64,000 bases of DNA from Promethearchaeota archaeon (GTDB lineage: Archaea; Asgardarchaeota; Lokiarchaeia; Sigyniarchaeales; SOKP01): positions 384,001-448,000 of the forward strand of contig JBHLNF010000002.1 of NCBI GenBank assembly GCA_048937405.1. Reading direction: 5' to 3'. The notes under the pieces are model-generated. The model was not told the origin of the DNA, made no database searches, and saw only the letters and a program-made list of their open reading frames with translations. The number at the start of each line of letters is the position of its first letter. The first letter of the stretch is position 1. A program made the position numbers and the translations under genes. Of this stretch, positions 1-9,895 are shown one piece after another.

Positions 1-368
1 AATTTGCCATTCCAATTGATAATTTGCTCAATGCGATATTCTTTTAGAAAACTGCGAGAAATTTTTTTTAAAAATGCTTGTACCTCTAATAATTCTGATT
101 TATTGTCATAAGTAGCAAGATAAATTAAATCTGGAATGTTCAAATCCTTTAAAAAAGATAGTTTAAGATTGTTATTTGATAATTTTAACTCAGTTATAGT
201 TCCCATATCTTCAAACGAATCTGAAAAGGAATTTAATGCGGAAAAAAACCCGGATATCATAATTAGATTGTCTTCTTGAGATAAAAGATGTTTAATATTT
301 GAAGAATTAGAAAAACTTTTAGAAAATAAGGGTAATCCATCTTTTATTATTATAACATCGCAAATCAT
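1..368 (-). CDS. Partial longin-like domain protein (runs off the left edge; absent from the ORF track)
   Basis: My translation from the ATG at 368: MICDVIIIKDGLPLFSKSF...NLIMISGFFSALNSFSDSFEDMGTITELKL. The beta-hairpin G(L/I)PL and the ISGFFSALNSF helix are typical of Asgard longin-like proteins. Confidence 0.7.
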   Translation of the reverse strand, partial: MICDVIIIKDGLPLFSKSFSNSSNIKHLLSQEDNLIMISGFFSALNSFSDSFEDMGTITELKLSNNNLKLSFLKDLNIPDLIYLATYDNKSELLEVQAFLKKISRSFLKEYRIEQIINWNGK

Positions 369-687
369 GAATCTCAGTAATCAGTTTCAAATATTTTTAA
401 AAATATTGATGTCTTACTTAATAAATCAATAATACCTACGTAATTTGAAAAAAAAAAGAATTATAATACATCTGTGATATCTGTGTAATATAAATTTTCT
501 TTATATCATGACTACCATATGCTTTTCTGATTGGATCCTTTTAAATAATGTGTATCAAGATGATTTAAACTTTGTCCCTGATTCGAAGGCCACAATGGAT
601 TATAGATATTTTCTTGTTAGTTAAAATAATTAAAAAAGTTGAAAATTTAGTATATAATGTTATCAATCCTAATAGAGATGAGATTAA

Positions 688-1440
688 GTGAAAGCGGTCA
701 TACTATGTGCAGGCTATGGAAAGCGTTTAAGACCATATACAAACACAATCCAAAAATCTATGATACCTATTCTTGGCAAACCACTATTAGAATATATCCT
801 CAATGAATTAATCTACGCAGGATTTAAAGATATTGTAATTGTTGTTGGCTACAGAAAAGAACAAGTTATTGAATATTTTAACAATGGAGATAAATGGGGG
901 ATAAAAATTGAATATGTTAAACAAAAGCAACTTGATGGTACAGGTGGAGCTGTATTATCTTGTGAAAGTACCATTAAAGATTCTCATTTCTTCTTAACTT
1001 GGGGAGATATTTTAGTACCATATGAGATATATAAGAAAGTTATTAGTCTATTTAGGGAAGAAAAACATGACTTTATCTTAGTTGCTAATTATACAGAAGA
1101 TCCTTATAAAGGAAGTGCTCTTTATTGCAGGGATAATTTCTTAATTAATATATTAGAAAAACCATCAAAAGGTAAATCTCAAACTAATCTAAATAATTGT
1201 GGAATCTTTATCCTTTCGACCGAAATTTTTGAAACTTTAAAAACTCTTAAGCCCTCTAAACGAGGAGAAATCGAATTAACTGACGCACTAAATTTTGGAA
1301 TTTTAGAAAGAAAATGGAAAGTTCGAGTAATAAAAATGGAAAAAAATCAATTTAGAGGAGATTTCGGTGACATTAAAGTGTATGAGCAATTGAATAAGGA
1401 TTCAAGTTGGTTAAAGGAGTTGAATAAGCCTCGACTATAA
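688..1440 (+). CDS. Sugar-phosphate nucleotidyltransferase (NTP_transferase family)
   Basis: MKAVILCAGYGKRLRPYT signature; also QxxxDGTGGAV, WGD, EKP and RGEIELTDA. Confidence 0.9.
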   Translation: MKAVILCAGYGKRLRPYTNTIQKSMIPILGKPLLEYILNELIYAGFKDIVIVVGYRKEQVIEYFNNGDKWGIKIEYVKQKQLDGTGGAVLSCESTIKDSHFFLTWGDILVPYEIYKKVISLFREEKHDFILVANYTEDPYKGSALYCRDNFLINILEKPSKGKSQTNLNNCGIFILSTEIFETLKTLKPSKRGEIELTDALNFGILERKWKVRVIKMEKNQFRGDFGDIKVYEQLNKDSSWLKELNKPRL

Positions 1441-1789
1441 CTTATGATTATCGAATAAGTATATCCTCTTTTAAATGTGGTTTATTACAGATAATACCAT
1501 ATTTCAAGCATTTTAAATTTTTTATTAAACAAATATATAGGATTATTCTATTTTTTAATGAAATTTCATGTTTTAATTATGAAGTTTTTAAAAAAATGAA
1601 AAAAAAATAAATTTTTTGGTATTATAGGCTTTCTAATATCATTTTCAGAGTTTGTTTTTCGTATACTTGACAGAAAGTTTTAAATAGAAAGGATCAAAAT
1701 TCTTGTATTGAATACTTATACATTTATGTAAAAGTATTTAGAGAAATCAATAACAATTTAGAAAGAGAATCATAAATTTAAAAAAAAAG

Positions 1790-4519
1790 ATGATTATAAT
1801 GAGGAAAAAATACTTTAGGACTTTAATCTTAATTACATGCCTACTATTTAGTATGTTTGGATTCATCACTCCAATTATTGGAGATCCTCTAGTTACTTCT
1901 CGCACTTATACTCTTGATGCCGATTTCGATGATGGTGTTCTAGTTGGTGTTGAACATGATACAATCCATGATCAATTACAACTCTCTGAAGAATATGTTA
2001 CATTACCCTTTATTTGGGTACCAAATAATGAAGGTACAGTTTCTAAGATCAATACAGAAACAGGTAAAGAAATAGGACGATATTGGGTTTCCCCTGATCC
2101 AACTCATATTTATTATCCAGGGATTTCGGGAAGTCCTTCAAGGACCACAGTCGATCTCCAAGGTAATTGCTGGGTAGGGTGTAGAGATGCGGGTACCGTT
2201 GTTAAAATAGGACTTTATGAGGCTGGGCAATATATTGATAGAAATAATGACGGAATTATTCAAACTTCAAGAGATTTAAACGATGATGGGGTAATTACTG
2301 GTGGAGAACTTTTACCATGGGGACAAGATGAATGTGTTCTTTTCGAGGTTGTATTATATGAACATCCAATGGTAACTAAAGGTCCTTATGCGCCAGGAAC
2401 ATTTCCTGGACCTTATGATACTAGTCATTGGAGAACTTCCCCCAGAGGATTAGCAATTGATTCAGAAAATAATCTCTGGGCAGGTACCTGCCCAACAAAC
2501 TATCAATCTACTATGAATTGCGTGTACCATTATATTGATGGTGTTACAGGAGAAATTTTAAATGAAGTAGAGATAATAGGACATTATGCATATGGTGCTG
2601 TAATAGATGAAAATGGGATTCTATGGTCAGCAAATCGTCCAACTGCTGCTGGAACGCCGCATCTTTTGAGATTTAATCCAGAAAATTTTGCATATACAAA
2701 ATTATTTAACAACAAAATGACTTATGGAATGGGATTGGACCATATTGGAAACTTGTTTTTTTCAGGATGGACACAATATAATCTCAATAAAGTAGATGTC
2801 AATTCTAATAGTCTAATATGGACAGTCACTGATTCAAGTCGTCTTTATCAGACTAGAGGTGTAACGTGTACCAGTGATAATGATGTTTGGGTTGCAAGTA
2901 CGTACTGGAGTACAGTAAGTAGGTATAATAACAATGGTGGTTTGATCGCAACAATCCCTGTCGGTCCAAATCCCTCTGGAGTCTCTGTTGATGCATCTGG
3001 GAAAGTCTGGGTTTGTAGTATGGCGGATGATACAATCCATAGAATTAATCCCCTCACTAATACGGTAGATAAAGTAGTGCACATTAGTGGAAGTGGTGGT
3101 CATTATAGTTATAGTGATATGACTGGTCTTATGGCAAGGACAATCACAACAAAGATAGGTACATGGACAGTTAATTTTGATAGTGAAGAATCTGATACGC
3201 CTTGGGGAACAATTTCTTGGAACAGTTTAGAACCTGATGAAACTTCTATAGTAATAAAAGTCAGGAGTTCAAATGATGAAACAACCTGGTCTAGTTGGGA
3301 AGAAGCTTTCAATGGTAATGCACTAAGTTCAACTCCAAATGGTCAATATCTTCAAATTGAAGTGACCTTTCAGACAGATGAAGATGAAATATCACCAATA
3401 CTTTATGATCTTACCGTTGAAGTAGGAAATTTACCTCCTGTAGCTGAAGTTGGAGGTCCTTATATAGGATATGAAGGTTCTGAAATAATTTTCGATGCTT
3501 CTGAATCATTCGATCCAGATGGAACAATAGTTTTATATGAATGGGATTTTAATGAGGATGGTATCTACGAGGAAAGTTCTATCTCACCTATAATAGGGTA
3601 TACATGGAATGATGATTATACTGGTGTAGTTAATTTGAGGGTTACTGATGACCAAGGAGAAATTAGTACAGATACAGCCGATGTTATAGTAAATAATGTT
3701 GCTCCGATAGTAACTATTGATACTATTGAACAGATGCAAAAATTTGACCTTGAAGAATCAACTTTTATAATTCGGGATTTTGTTAAATTTACAGGTATAG
3801 CTTATGATCCTGGGTGTGATGATCTCATATTTAATTGGGATTGGGGTGATGGTACAGACCCAACTGTAACCACATATAACAATGATGGATTAACTTATCC
3901 AGTAGAGATTGAAGAAACAGTAGATCATATTTATAATGAACCTGGAGTATATACAATCACACTCACCGTTGAGGATGATGATGGCGGTATTGGAACTGAT
4001 GATGCAGAAATTAAAATCTGGGGTCCACAAGATCTAAAAAAAGCGGTACTATTTGAACTAGAATCGGTTAAAACCGATTCTCGTTGTATAGATTTCAAAA
4101 TATATCTAGCCATTAAATTAATAGAAAAAAGTCTTAATGAGAAATTTTGGAATGATGCAACTCATTTGGAATCAAAATGTGGGATTATGGTATTTATTTA
4201 TGAACAATTAGCTGCTGCTAGCCTGAAAAAAGACTTGGATTTATCTCAATTTGAAACATTGATATTGAAACTAATTAAAGCTGATGAATTGCTTGCTGAA
4301 ATAGCATTAGAGGATGCTGAGGCTACTCCCGTGAAAGAACCAATATTCCAGAAAATAGTAGATTTTTACTTAGCGAGAGTTAACGATCAGATGATTAAAG
4401 CAACTGAAAGTATTGAAAGTGGTTTATATATATCAGCAATAGTACATTATAAGCTTGCCTGGACATATTCTCAGTTTGCTATAAGTTGGGCAAATAGAGA
4501 ATGTAAGTGTACTAATTAG
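1790..4519 (+). CDS. Secreted/surface beta-propeller protein with PKD domains
   Basis: N-terminal signal peptide; Vgb/YVTN-like repeats (PRGLAIDSENNLW, PSGVSVDASGKVWV); DxNxDG Ca-binding loops; PKD motifs (FDASESFDPDG, WDWGDG, YNEPGVYTITLTVEDDDG). Confidence 0.8.
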   Translation: MIIMRKKYFRTLILITCLLFSMFGFITPIIGDPLVTSRTYTLDADFDDGVLVGVEHDTIHDQLQLSEEYVTLPFIWVPNNEGTVSKINTETGKEIGRYWVSPDPTHIYYPGISGSPSRTTVDLQGNCWVGCRDAGTVVKIGLYEAGQYIDRNNDGIIQTSRDLNDDGVITGGELLPWGQDECVLFEVVLYEHPMVTKGPYAPGTFPGPYDTSHWRTSPRGLAIDSENNLWAGTCPTNYQSTMNCVYHYIDGVTGEILNEVEIIGHYAYGAVIDENGILWSANRPTAAGTPHLLRFNPENFAYTKLFNNKMTYGMGLDHIGNLFFSGWTQYNLNKVDVNSNSLIWTVTDSSRLYQTRGVTCTSDNDVWVASTYWSTVSRYNNNGGLIATIPVGPNPSGVSVDASGKVWVCSMADDTIHRINPLTNTVDKVVHISGSGGHYSYSDMTGLMARTITTKIGTWTVNFDSEESDTPWGTISWNSLEPDETSIVIKVRSSNDETTWSSWEEAFNGNALSSTPNGQYLQIEVTFQTDEDEISPILYDLTVEVGNLPPVAEVGGPYIGYEGSEIIFDASESFDPDGTIVLYEWDFNEDGIYEESSISPIIGYTWNDDYTGVVNLRVTDDQGEISTDTADVIVNNVAPIVTIDTIEQMQKFDLEESTFIIRDFVKFTGIAYDPGCDDLIFNWDWGDGTDPTVTTYNNDGLTYPVEIEETVDHIYNEPGVYTITLTVEDDDGGIGTDDAEIKIWGPQDLKKAVLFELESVKTDSRCIDFKIYLAIKLIEKSLNEKFWNDATHLESKCGIMVFIYEQLAAASLKKDLDLSQFETLILKLIKADELLAEIALEDAEATPVKEPIFQKIVDFYLARVNDQMIKATESIESGLYISAIVHYKLAWTYSQFAISWANRECKCTN

Positions 4520-4579
4520 GTAAAACTGCAAAAATAGTAAGCAAGTATAACTAAAATTAATAAAAAATAAATTTTTTAC

Positions 4580-4591
4580 TTTTTTTTTTTT
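4580..4591 (+). terminator. Oligo-T tract, likely archaeal terminator
   Basis: T12 run about 60 nt after the stop of 1790..4519. Confidence 0.4.
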
Positions 4592-4772
4592 CTTATACGA
4601 ATTAACTAGTAATATTTAAATATTTAATGTTTTTTATAGAGGGAAAGGGATTTTATATCTTTTGCTAAAATAAGATAGATTATTTTTGCAATATCAAGAA
4701 CTGGACTATTGAAAAATTATTACCTAAATATTTTTATTCTCAAGTATAATAAATTACTCAAAAACATTTTGA

Positions 4773-5348
4773 TTGATAGAAATGAGCGAAGATAAATACA
4801 GAAATAGATATGTTTATAAGGAAACCTATGAAGCTGCTGTTGGAACCTTTGCAGTAGCAATAGTTTTTCTGTTTGTCGCAATTTTATCTTTATTTTTCAT
4901 ACATTTTGATATTAAATTCATAGGACTTGCAAGTTGGGGGTATTGGCTTTTCATTCCTGCATTTTTCATATTTCTTGGAGGATTTTCACAACTTTATCGG
5001 AATTATAAATATAAACAAGTTGTTAAGAGTGCCCTTGCCCAACGGAACTTTCAAGGTACTTATAAACTCGAACATATCGCTTTAGAAATAGGGATGAAAC
5101 CTAAAATTTTACTCAGTGTCTTGTTAGATTTAAGAACTAAAGGAATAATTCAATATAGTTTTGACCCAGATTCAGGTAAAATCATCTTAGGTCAACCCAT
5201 CCAATATACTCCTGCAAATGAATATATTCCTCCCCCTAAAAGATTAGAAGCGCCATTACCAACAGAAGGAAAAAGATTTTGTGTCTATTGTGGTCATAAA
5301 CTGGAATCTGATGGAAATTTTTGCCCTAATTGTGGATCTAACCTCTAA
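4773..5348 (+). CDS. Membrane protein: 2 TM + PCI-like winged helix + C-terminal zinc ribbon
   Basis: Two hydrophobic helices; YKLEHIALEIGM...LLDLRTKGIIQYSFDPDSGKI; CVYCG...CPNCG. Confidence 0.65.
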   Translation: MIEMSEDKYRNRYVYKETYEAAVGTFAVAIVFLFVAILSLFFIHFDIKFIGLASWGYWLFIPAFFIFLGGFSQLYRNYKYKQVVKSALAQRNFQGTYKLEHIALEIGMKPKILLSVLLDLRTKGIIQYSFDPDSGKIILGQPIQYTPANEYIPPPKRLEAPLPTEGKRFCVYCGHKLESDGNFCPNCGSNL

Positions 5349-5557
5349 CTTAATATAAAATCTATTACACTTTTTTTTGTACCTATATTATTATTAGACC
5401 AAACTTAATTTGACTTAAATTTACAATTTGGATTTAGTATTCCAAGTAGCTATTCAAATTTCCACTAAATCCAGAGAGGCTTTTTTTTTAAATAATAAGT
5501 TGATTTTAAGTAGAATAAATTGAATTTTTTTCGAGATGATAGATAATTTCAAAAGGC

Positions 5558-6019
5558 TTGATTGACAAAGAGTATTCTAATCCTTTACCTGAAAAAAATT
5601 CTAAATTGGAGAATTCTAATCAATTTAATCATATTAATTCTCAAACCTTAAATAATAGAATGATTTCTAATCTTGTTTCGGAGTTATTCAGTAACATCAA
5701 TTCAAGTGAATCATTAAATTATATTTCTAATCTATTATTCACTTTACTTGATGAGTATAAAAAGAAATTTCTTTATGAAAGTTGTATAGAAAGTAAGCAA
5801 TCTTCTTCTAATAATACAACTAATTATGATATTGAAAATGTACAAAAAATGTTAAAGGATTCATATGAAGAATACCTTGCAATTTCGAATGACATTCACT
5901 TAATTTTATCTAAAGGATCAGAATTAACAAACACACAGAAGCTTGATTTTTGTAATAACCAAAGATTCTTTATGAAGTTATATTTAAAAGAATTGGTAAT
6001 TAGAATAAATAAAACCTGA
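5558..6019 (+). CDS. Hypothetical protein
   Basis: 153-aa ORF with no recognisable motif. Confidence 0.5.
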   Translation: MIDKEYSNPLPEKNSKLENSNQFNHINSQTLNNRMISNLVSELFSNINSSESLNYISNLLFTLLDEYKKKFLYESCIESKQSSSNNTTNYDIENVQKMLKDSYEEYLAISNDIHLILSKGSELTNTQKLDFCNNQRFFMKLYLKELVIRINKT

Positions 6020-6073
6020 GTTCAGAGAAATTTCTTTAATATTTGAATTAATTTAAGCGTTTTTTTAAAAATG

Positions 6074-6086
6074 AAAAAAAAAAAAA
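6074..6086 (-). terminator. Oligo-T tract on the minus strand, likely terminator
   Basis: A13 run just past the stop of 6109..6822. Confidence 0.4.
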
Positions 6087-6108
6087 GAAAAAATTTAATT
6101 TAGGTTTT

Positions 6109-6822
6109 TTAGGTTTTTAAACCTAGATACATCCAGATGGCATAGGTAGTCATTGCGATTCTAATAATACCAACAATTGGAGTTACTGTAAAAATGACTT
6201 CTAACATACTAACTACTACAAATATTATATAACCAATCGACAAATAAAGGAACTTTTTCCTTAATAAACCTGTTGCTTGTTTTGCTTTTACTGCACACCC
6301 TATTCCCATGAAAACTAATATAACTATTAGAAATATCATTAACAAAATAAATGTTGGATAAATCATATTAAAACCCGCTTGAATGAGACCATCTTCTTCT
6401 CTAACTTCTATGAACTTAAAAGAATCAAAAGGTTGATACCATACAAGAACTCCAAAGATTGTTCCTAAGACAATAAAAATTACGACAAGCAACCATTTAT
6501 ACTTGGGTATCAAAAGTTCACCTCCTATATACGCAGAAAACAACAGAGCTGGTGCAAACCATGTATATTTTAAAAAAACATAAGTTTCTACTGGACTAAG
6601 ATTTGTATCTGAGTTTAATTTCACCAAAAAATCAAAAGTTGGTCCAAGCCATATAAATCCGATAAAAACTACATTTATACCAGCGATACAAAGTAATTTA
6701 GCTTTCAATTTTATTGATTTGTAGATAAAAAATAATCCAAAAATCAATCCGAATAAAACGATGAGGGAGGCAGTTATTCCATCTAACCAACCATCTAAAG
6801 CAATTGCCATTTGTTTTTTCAC
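6109..6822 (-). CDS. Stand-alone 7-TM membrane protein
   Basis: Seven hydrophobic segments. The true start is probably the ATG of MAIALDG, which follows an AAGGTG SD-like sequence. Confidence 0.7.
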   Translation of the reverse strand: MKKQMAIALDGWLDGITASLIVLFGLIFGLFFIYKSIKLKAKLLCIAGINVVFIGFIWLGPTFDFLVKLNSDTNLSPVETYVFLKYTWFAPALLFSAYIGGELLIPKYKWLLVVIFIVLGTIFGVLVWYQPFDSFKFIEVREEDGLIQAGFNMIYPTFILLMIFLIVILVFMGIGCAVKAKQATGLLRKKFLYLSIGYIIFVVVSMLEVIFTVTPIVGIIRIAMTTYAIWMYLGLKT

Positions 6823-6960
6823 ACCTTAAAAATACAAATTTAATAGATGCATATCTATTAATATTAATTTTATTTATAGTTATTTTTTTTTTGCTAATAA
6901 ATTAAGGTAAATTTTATTAGACAATTATAATAGGATTTTAATCGAAATTGATTACTTATT

Positions 6961-7518
6961 TTAGGTAAATTTTCTGTAATAAAAAGTAAAGATCTCTTGT
7001 TTTTCATACTTATGTTTTAAGCGGTACTCCTCTTTTAAAATAGTATTAAAATTTTCAAGGTGATATTTATGAGATATAATAATAACTCCCTTTTTTGCCT
7101 TATAAAAGATATGTTTTAGAGATCTGTGAATAATAGGCAATGAATAAATATAGATAAAATCATAATTCCTTAGATTAATAAAAAAAAGATCTCCTAGTCT
7201 AATCTTTATTTTTTTGAATAATATCTTAGGATATTTTTCTTCTTTTTTCAATGATATAATACGGCTTTTAGCTTCTTCTATTAAGCTTTGATCAATCTCA
7301 ATTCCTTCAGATTTAATATTATAATTTAATGCCATAAAAATTACTAAGCTACCATTCCCTGCTCCTAAGTCAATGAACTTTTGTCTTGAATTTCTTTTTA
7401 ATCCAAACTTTTGTTCAAGAGTTTGAAATATCTCCCTAATAGACTTAATATTAGTCTCAGAAAAAGGTAAATCTAATTGTGAATAAAATTTATCAAAATT
7501 TAGCAGTTTGTGTTTCAA
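6961..7518 (-). CDS. Class I SAM-dependent methyltransferase, FAM173/aKMT-like protein lysine methyltransferase
   Basis: FIDLGAGNG motif I, GIEID, GDLF, YDFIYIYSLP, IISHKYHL. Confidence 0.7.
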   Translation of the reverse strand: MKHKLLNFDKFYSQLDLPFSETNIKSIREIFQTLEQKFGLKRNSRQKFIDLGAGNGSLVIFMALNYNIKSEGIEIDQSLIEEAKSRIISLKKEEKYPKILFKKIKIRLGDLFFINLRNYDFIYIYSLPIIHRSLKHIFYKAKKGVIIISHKYHLENFNTILKEEYRLKHKYEKQEIFTFYYRKFT

Positions 7519-7654
7519 ATGAGATTCTCTAATTTATTAATTAATAATTTGGAGGATCATTAATCTAATAATTTTAATTCTTTAATAAATACATTCTAAT
7601 TTTATTAAGAAAACCTAATAAAAGTTATTCTAAGGACTTTTAATATTAAATGAT

Positions 7655-7744
7655 ATGCTATATGATGATCTTCTCGTTCTTCAAGTTTCTAAAGCGTTTC
7701 AGGATGTAGCACCTTGGCAAGATAAAAAACCAGAGTTTAGATGA
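7655..7744 (+). pseudogene. C-terminal remnant of an amidase paralog
   Basis: Translates as [29 protein letters not shown], matching the C-terminus LDELIVLQVSRMFEELSPWQDKKPNFKP of 9896..11320. Confidence 0.8.
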
Positions 7745-7762
7745 TTTATACAAATAATATTT

Positions 7763-8506
7763 TTATTTCCATTTTGTCAAGATCTCTTCACGTTGAAATA
7801 CAGCTCGACTGAGAAAAAACAAGCAAACAACAATTACAGCAACAATTCCTGCGATGATAAGCAAGGTATTAGTAGCAAGCGTAAATATCTTAGTTTCAGT
7901 CAGTATGTATATTGCAAAAAATGGAATAATTGCTAGTATAGATAATTGTTGAGCGGCTCTGACGTCATTTACACGAGAAGAAATAATGATACTTAATTCT
8001 ACAGTCATAATGGCTGCGAGCGGAGCGATTAAAAGAATTTTAATTGCAAATTCCCAATTTGGGAAATAAAAATAACCGACTTTATCTGTTGTAAAAAAAT
8101 CCATAAGAAACATGAAGATAGTTGCGCTAATGAATAGTATACACAATGTGGGCAAAAAAGCAGCCAAACTCTTGCCGAGTAAAATTTCGCTATCAGTAGT
8201 TGGAGTCGCTAATAATGGTTCTAGTGATTTCTCCTTTTTTTCACCAACAAAACTGTATGATGCGATAAAGGATGGAATTATTGCCGCAAGGATAATAAAA
8301 AATAAGCCAAATGCATCAAAAAGTGGAAATAAGGTTTGAATTGGCGGATTTTTATTGTTTATAACATACCAAATTATGGTAGGTAATCCGATTGAAAAAA
8401 TAAACGGTAAAGCAAATGCTGTATAAAGAATCGATTTTTTTTTGACAAAAAGTCCGAGATCTTTTGTAGTAATCGTCCACACGTTTTTAATATTCAATTT
8501 ACTCAT
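7763..8506 (-). CDS. ABC-2 type transporter permease
   Basis: 6 TM; SFVGEKKEKSLEPLLATP...ILLGK motif; overlaps the ATPase gene. Confidence 0.9.
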   Translation of the reverse strand: MSKLNIKNVWTITTKDLGLFVKKKSILYTAFALPFIFSIGLPTIIWYVINNKNPPIQTLFPLFDAFGLFFIILAAIIPSFIASYSFVGEKKEKSLEPLLATPTTDSEILLGKSLAAFLPTLCILFISATIFMFLMDFFTTDKVGYFYFPNWEFAIKILLIAPLAAIMTVELSIIISSRVNDVRAAQQLSILAIIPFFAIYILTETKIFTLATNTLLIIAGIVAVIVVCLFFLSRAVFQREEILTKWK

Positions 8507-9419
8507 TCCTCCGAATTTTTTTTAAATAAATATCTTCCAGGCTTGGAACAAGCTCCGAAACAAATTGAACTTGGCCTCCAGCATCTTGAATTGCTCGAAT
8601 GATGGAAGGATTATCATGGTGGGGATCATTTACGTCAATCGTCATTTTGTTATTATCTATCGTAATAGTTCCAAAACCCAGTGATTTTATATTTTCAAGA
8701 ATTTTGTCGGTGACAGCATCCACCTCAACAATAGATTTCTTTCCCCATAACGATTGACGTAATTCAGTGGTGGTACCAATATCTATTAATTGTGTTTTCA
8801 ATATTCCTACACGATCACAGATCCTTTCTGCCTCATCGAGCATATGGGTATTTAAAAAAATCGTGCGATTTTCTTTTTTTAACTCAAGAATAAAATCTCT
8901 TACCATTTTAGATGCTTCCGGATCTAAATTTGCAGTGGGTTCATCTAAAAATAATATTTTTGGTTCATGAATCAATGCTCGAGCAATAGCTAATTTTTGT
9001 TTCATTCCTTTGGAAAAGGTACCGGCAACCTTATCTTTTCTATCCCATAAATCTAACATTTTCAAATAATATTCAATTCGCTCCTTCCGTTTATTTTCTG
9101 GATATTGATAGAGTTTAGCAATGAAATTTAAATTTTTATATGCGGTCATGTCTTCATAAAGACCCACATTTTCAGGTAGTATTCCGATTATTTTACGAAT
9201 TGCAAGATGATCTTTTTTATTATCAAGGGATAAATCATCTATAATCGCATTACCGCTGGTTTTTGATATGAGGCAACAAAGCATCCTAATAATTGTCGTT
9301 TTACCTGCTCCATTAGGACCGAGTAAACCAAAAACCTCACCTTCTTTGATTTCCAATGAAATATTATCAACCGCAAGTAAATTGCCATATTTCTTGGTTA
9401 AATTTTCAATCTTAATCAT
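8499..9419 (-). CDS. ABC transporter ATP-binding protein (CcmA/DrrA-like)
   Basis: GPNGAGKTT, FSKGMKQK, LFLDEPTANLD, H-loop NTH. Confidence 0.95.
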   Translation of the reverse strand: MIKIENLTKKYGNLLAVDNISLEIKEGEVFGLLGPNGAGKTTIIRMLCCLISKTSGNAIIDDLSLDNKKDHLAIRKIIGILPENVGLYEDMTAYKNLNFIAKLYQYPENKRKERIEYYLKMLDLWDRKDKVAGTFSKGMKQKLAIARALIHEPKILFLDEPTANLDPEASKMVRDFILELKKENRTIFLNTHMLDEAERICDRVGILKTQLIDIGTTTELRQSLWGKKSIVEVDAVTDKILENIKSLGFGTITIDNNKMTIDVNDPHHDNPSIIRAIQDAGGQVQFVSELVPSLEDIYLKKIRRNE

Positions 9420-9509
9420 GATTTCATAACTCTTAGATTTTTATTTTCCTTTTTTTACTTTTAAGAAATAATTAATATAAATGGAATTTTCCGTGAAAAC
9501 TTCTTTCGA

Positions 9510-9707
9510 TTAATGTAATTCCGTATCTTTGGGATTCTTATCTCGTTTCACCTTTAGTTCCCAAATTATCCCAATCACTACCAATACTATTCCTATTATA
9601 GGTAATACAAGAAAAATTGGTAAATAGCCTTTGATAATAATCAGGATTATGCTTATCAAGATTATGATACATCCCGCTATTATTAGCCTTAATTTTATAG
9701 CATACAT
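9510..9707 (-). CDS. Small 2-TM membrane protein
   Basis: Two hydrophobic helices; upstream of and co-oriented with the ABC genes. Confidence 0.6.
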   Translation of the reverse strand: MYAIKLRLIIAGCIIILISIILIIIKGYLPIFLVLPIIGIVLVVIGIIWELKVKRDKNPKDTELH

Positions 9708-9895
9708 TTTTTTTCACATCCCATTTGGAATTTTAATAAAAGTTTTTTATTTATAATTATGTTTTTTCATATAATATTTTAGCAGAACATCTAAAATATA
9801 AATCATATAATTAAAAATTATAAATTATTACGATTTAGACTTGCTATAGTTAAACAAAAGAGTATTAAAATATTTAAAAAAGTTAGATATCAATC

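Noticed and set aside
2834-4113. Short antisense ORFs inside the surface-protein gene, and similar shadow ORFs at 8112, 8767, 10189, 11451, 18517, 19056, 20602, 26089, 29346, 31081, 33597, 35480, 39882, 40528, 44140, 44982, 45505, 47251, 51589, 54561, 56168 and 59949
   Set aside because: They lie wholly or largely within well-supported genes on the other strand or frame and show no protein motifs.
6109-6822. Rhodopsin or true GPCR
   Set aside because: No retinal-binding Lys motif in TM7 and no GPCR family motifs; only the TM count is shared.
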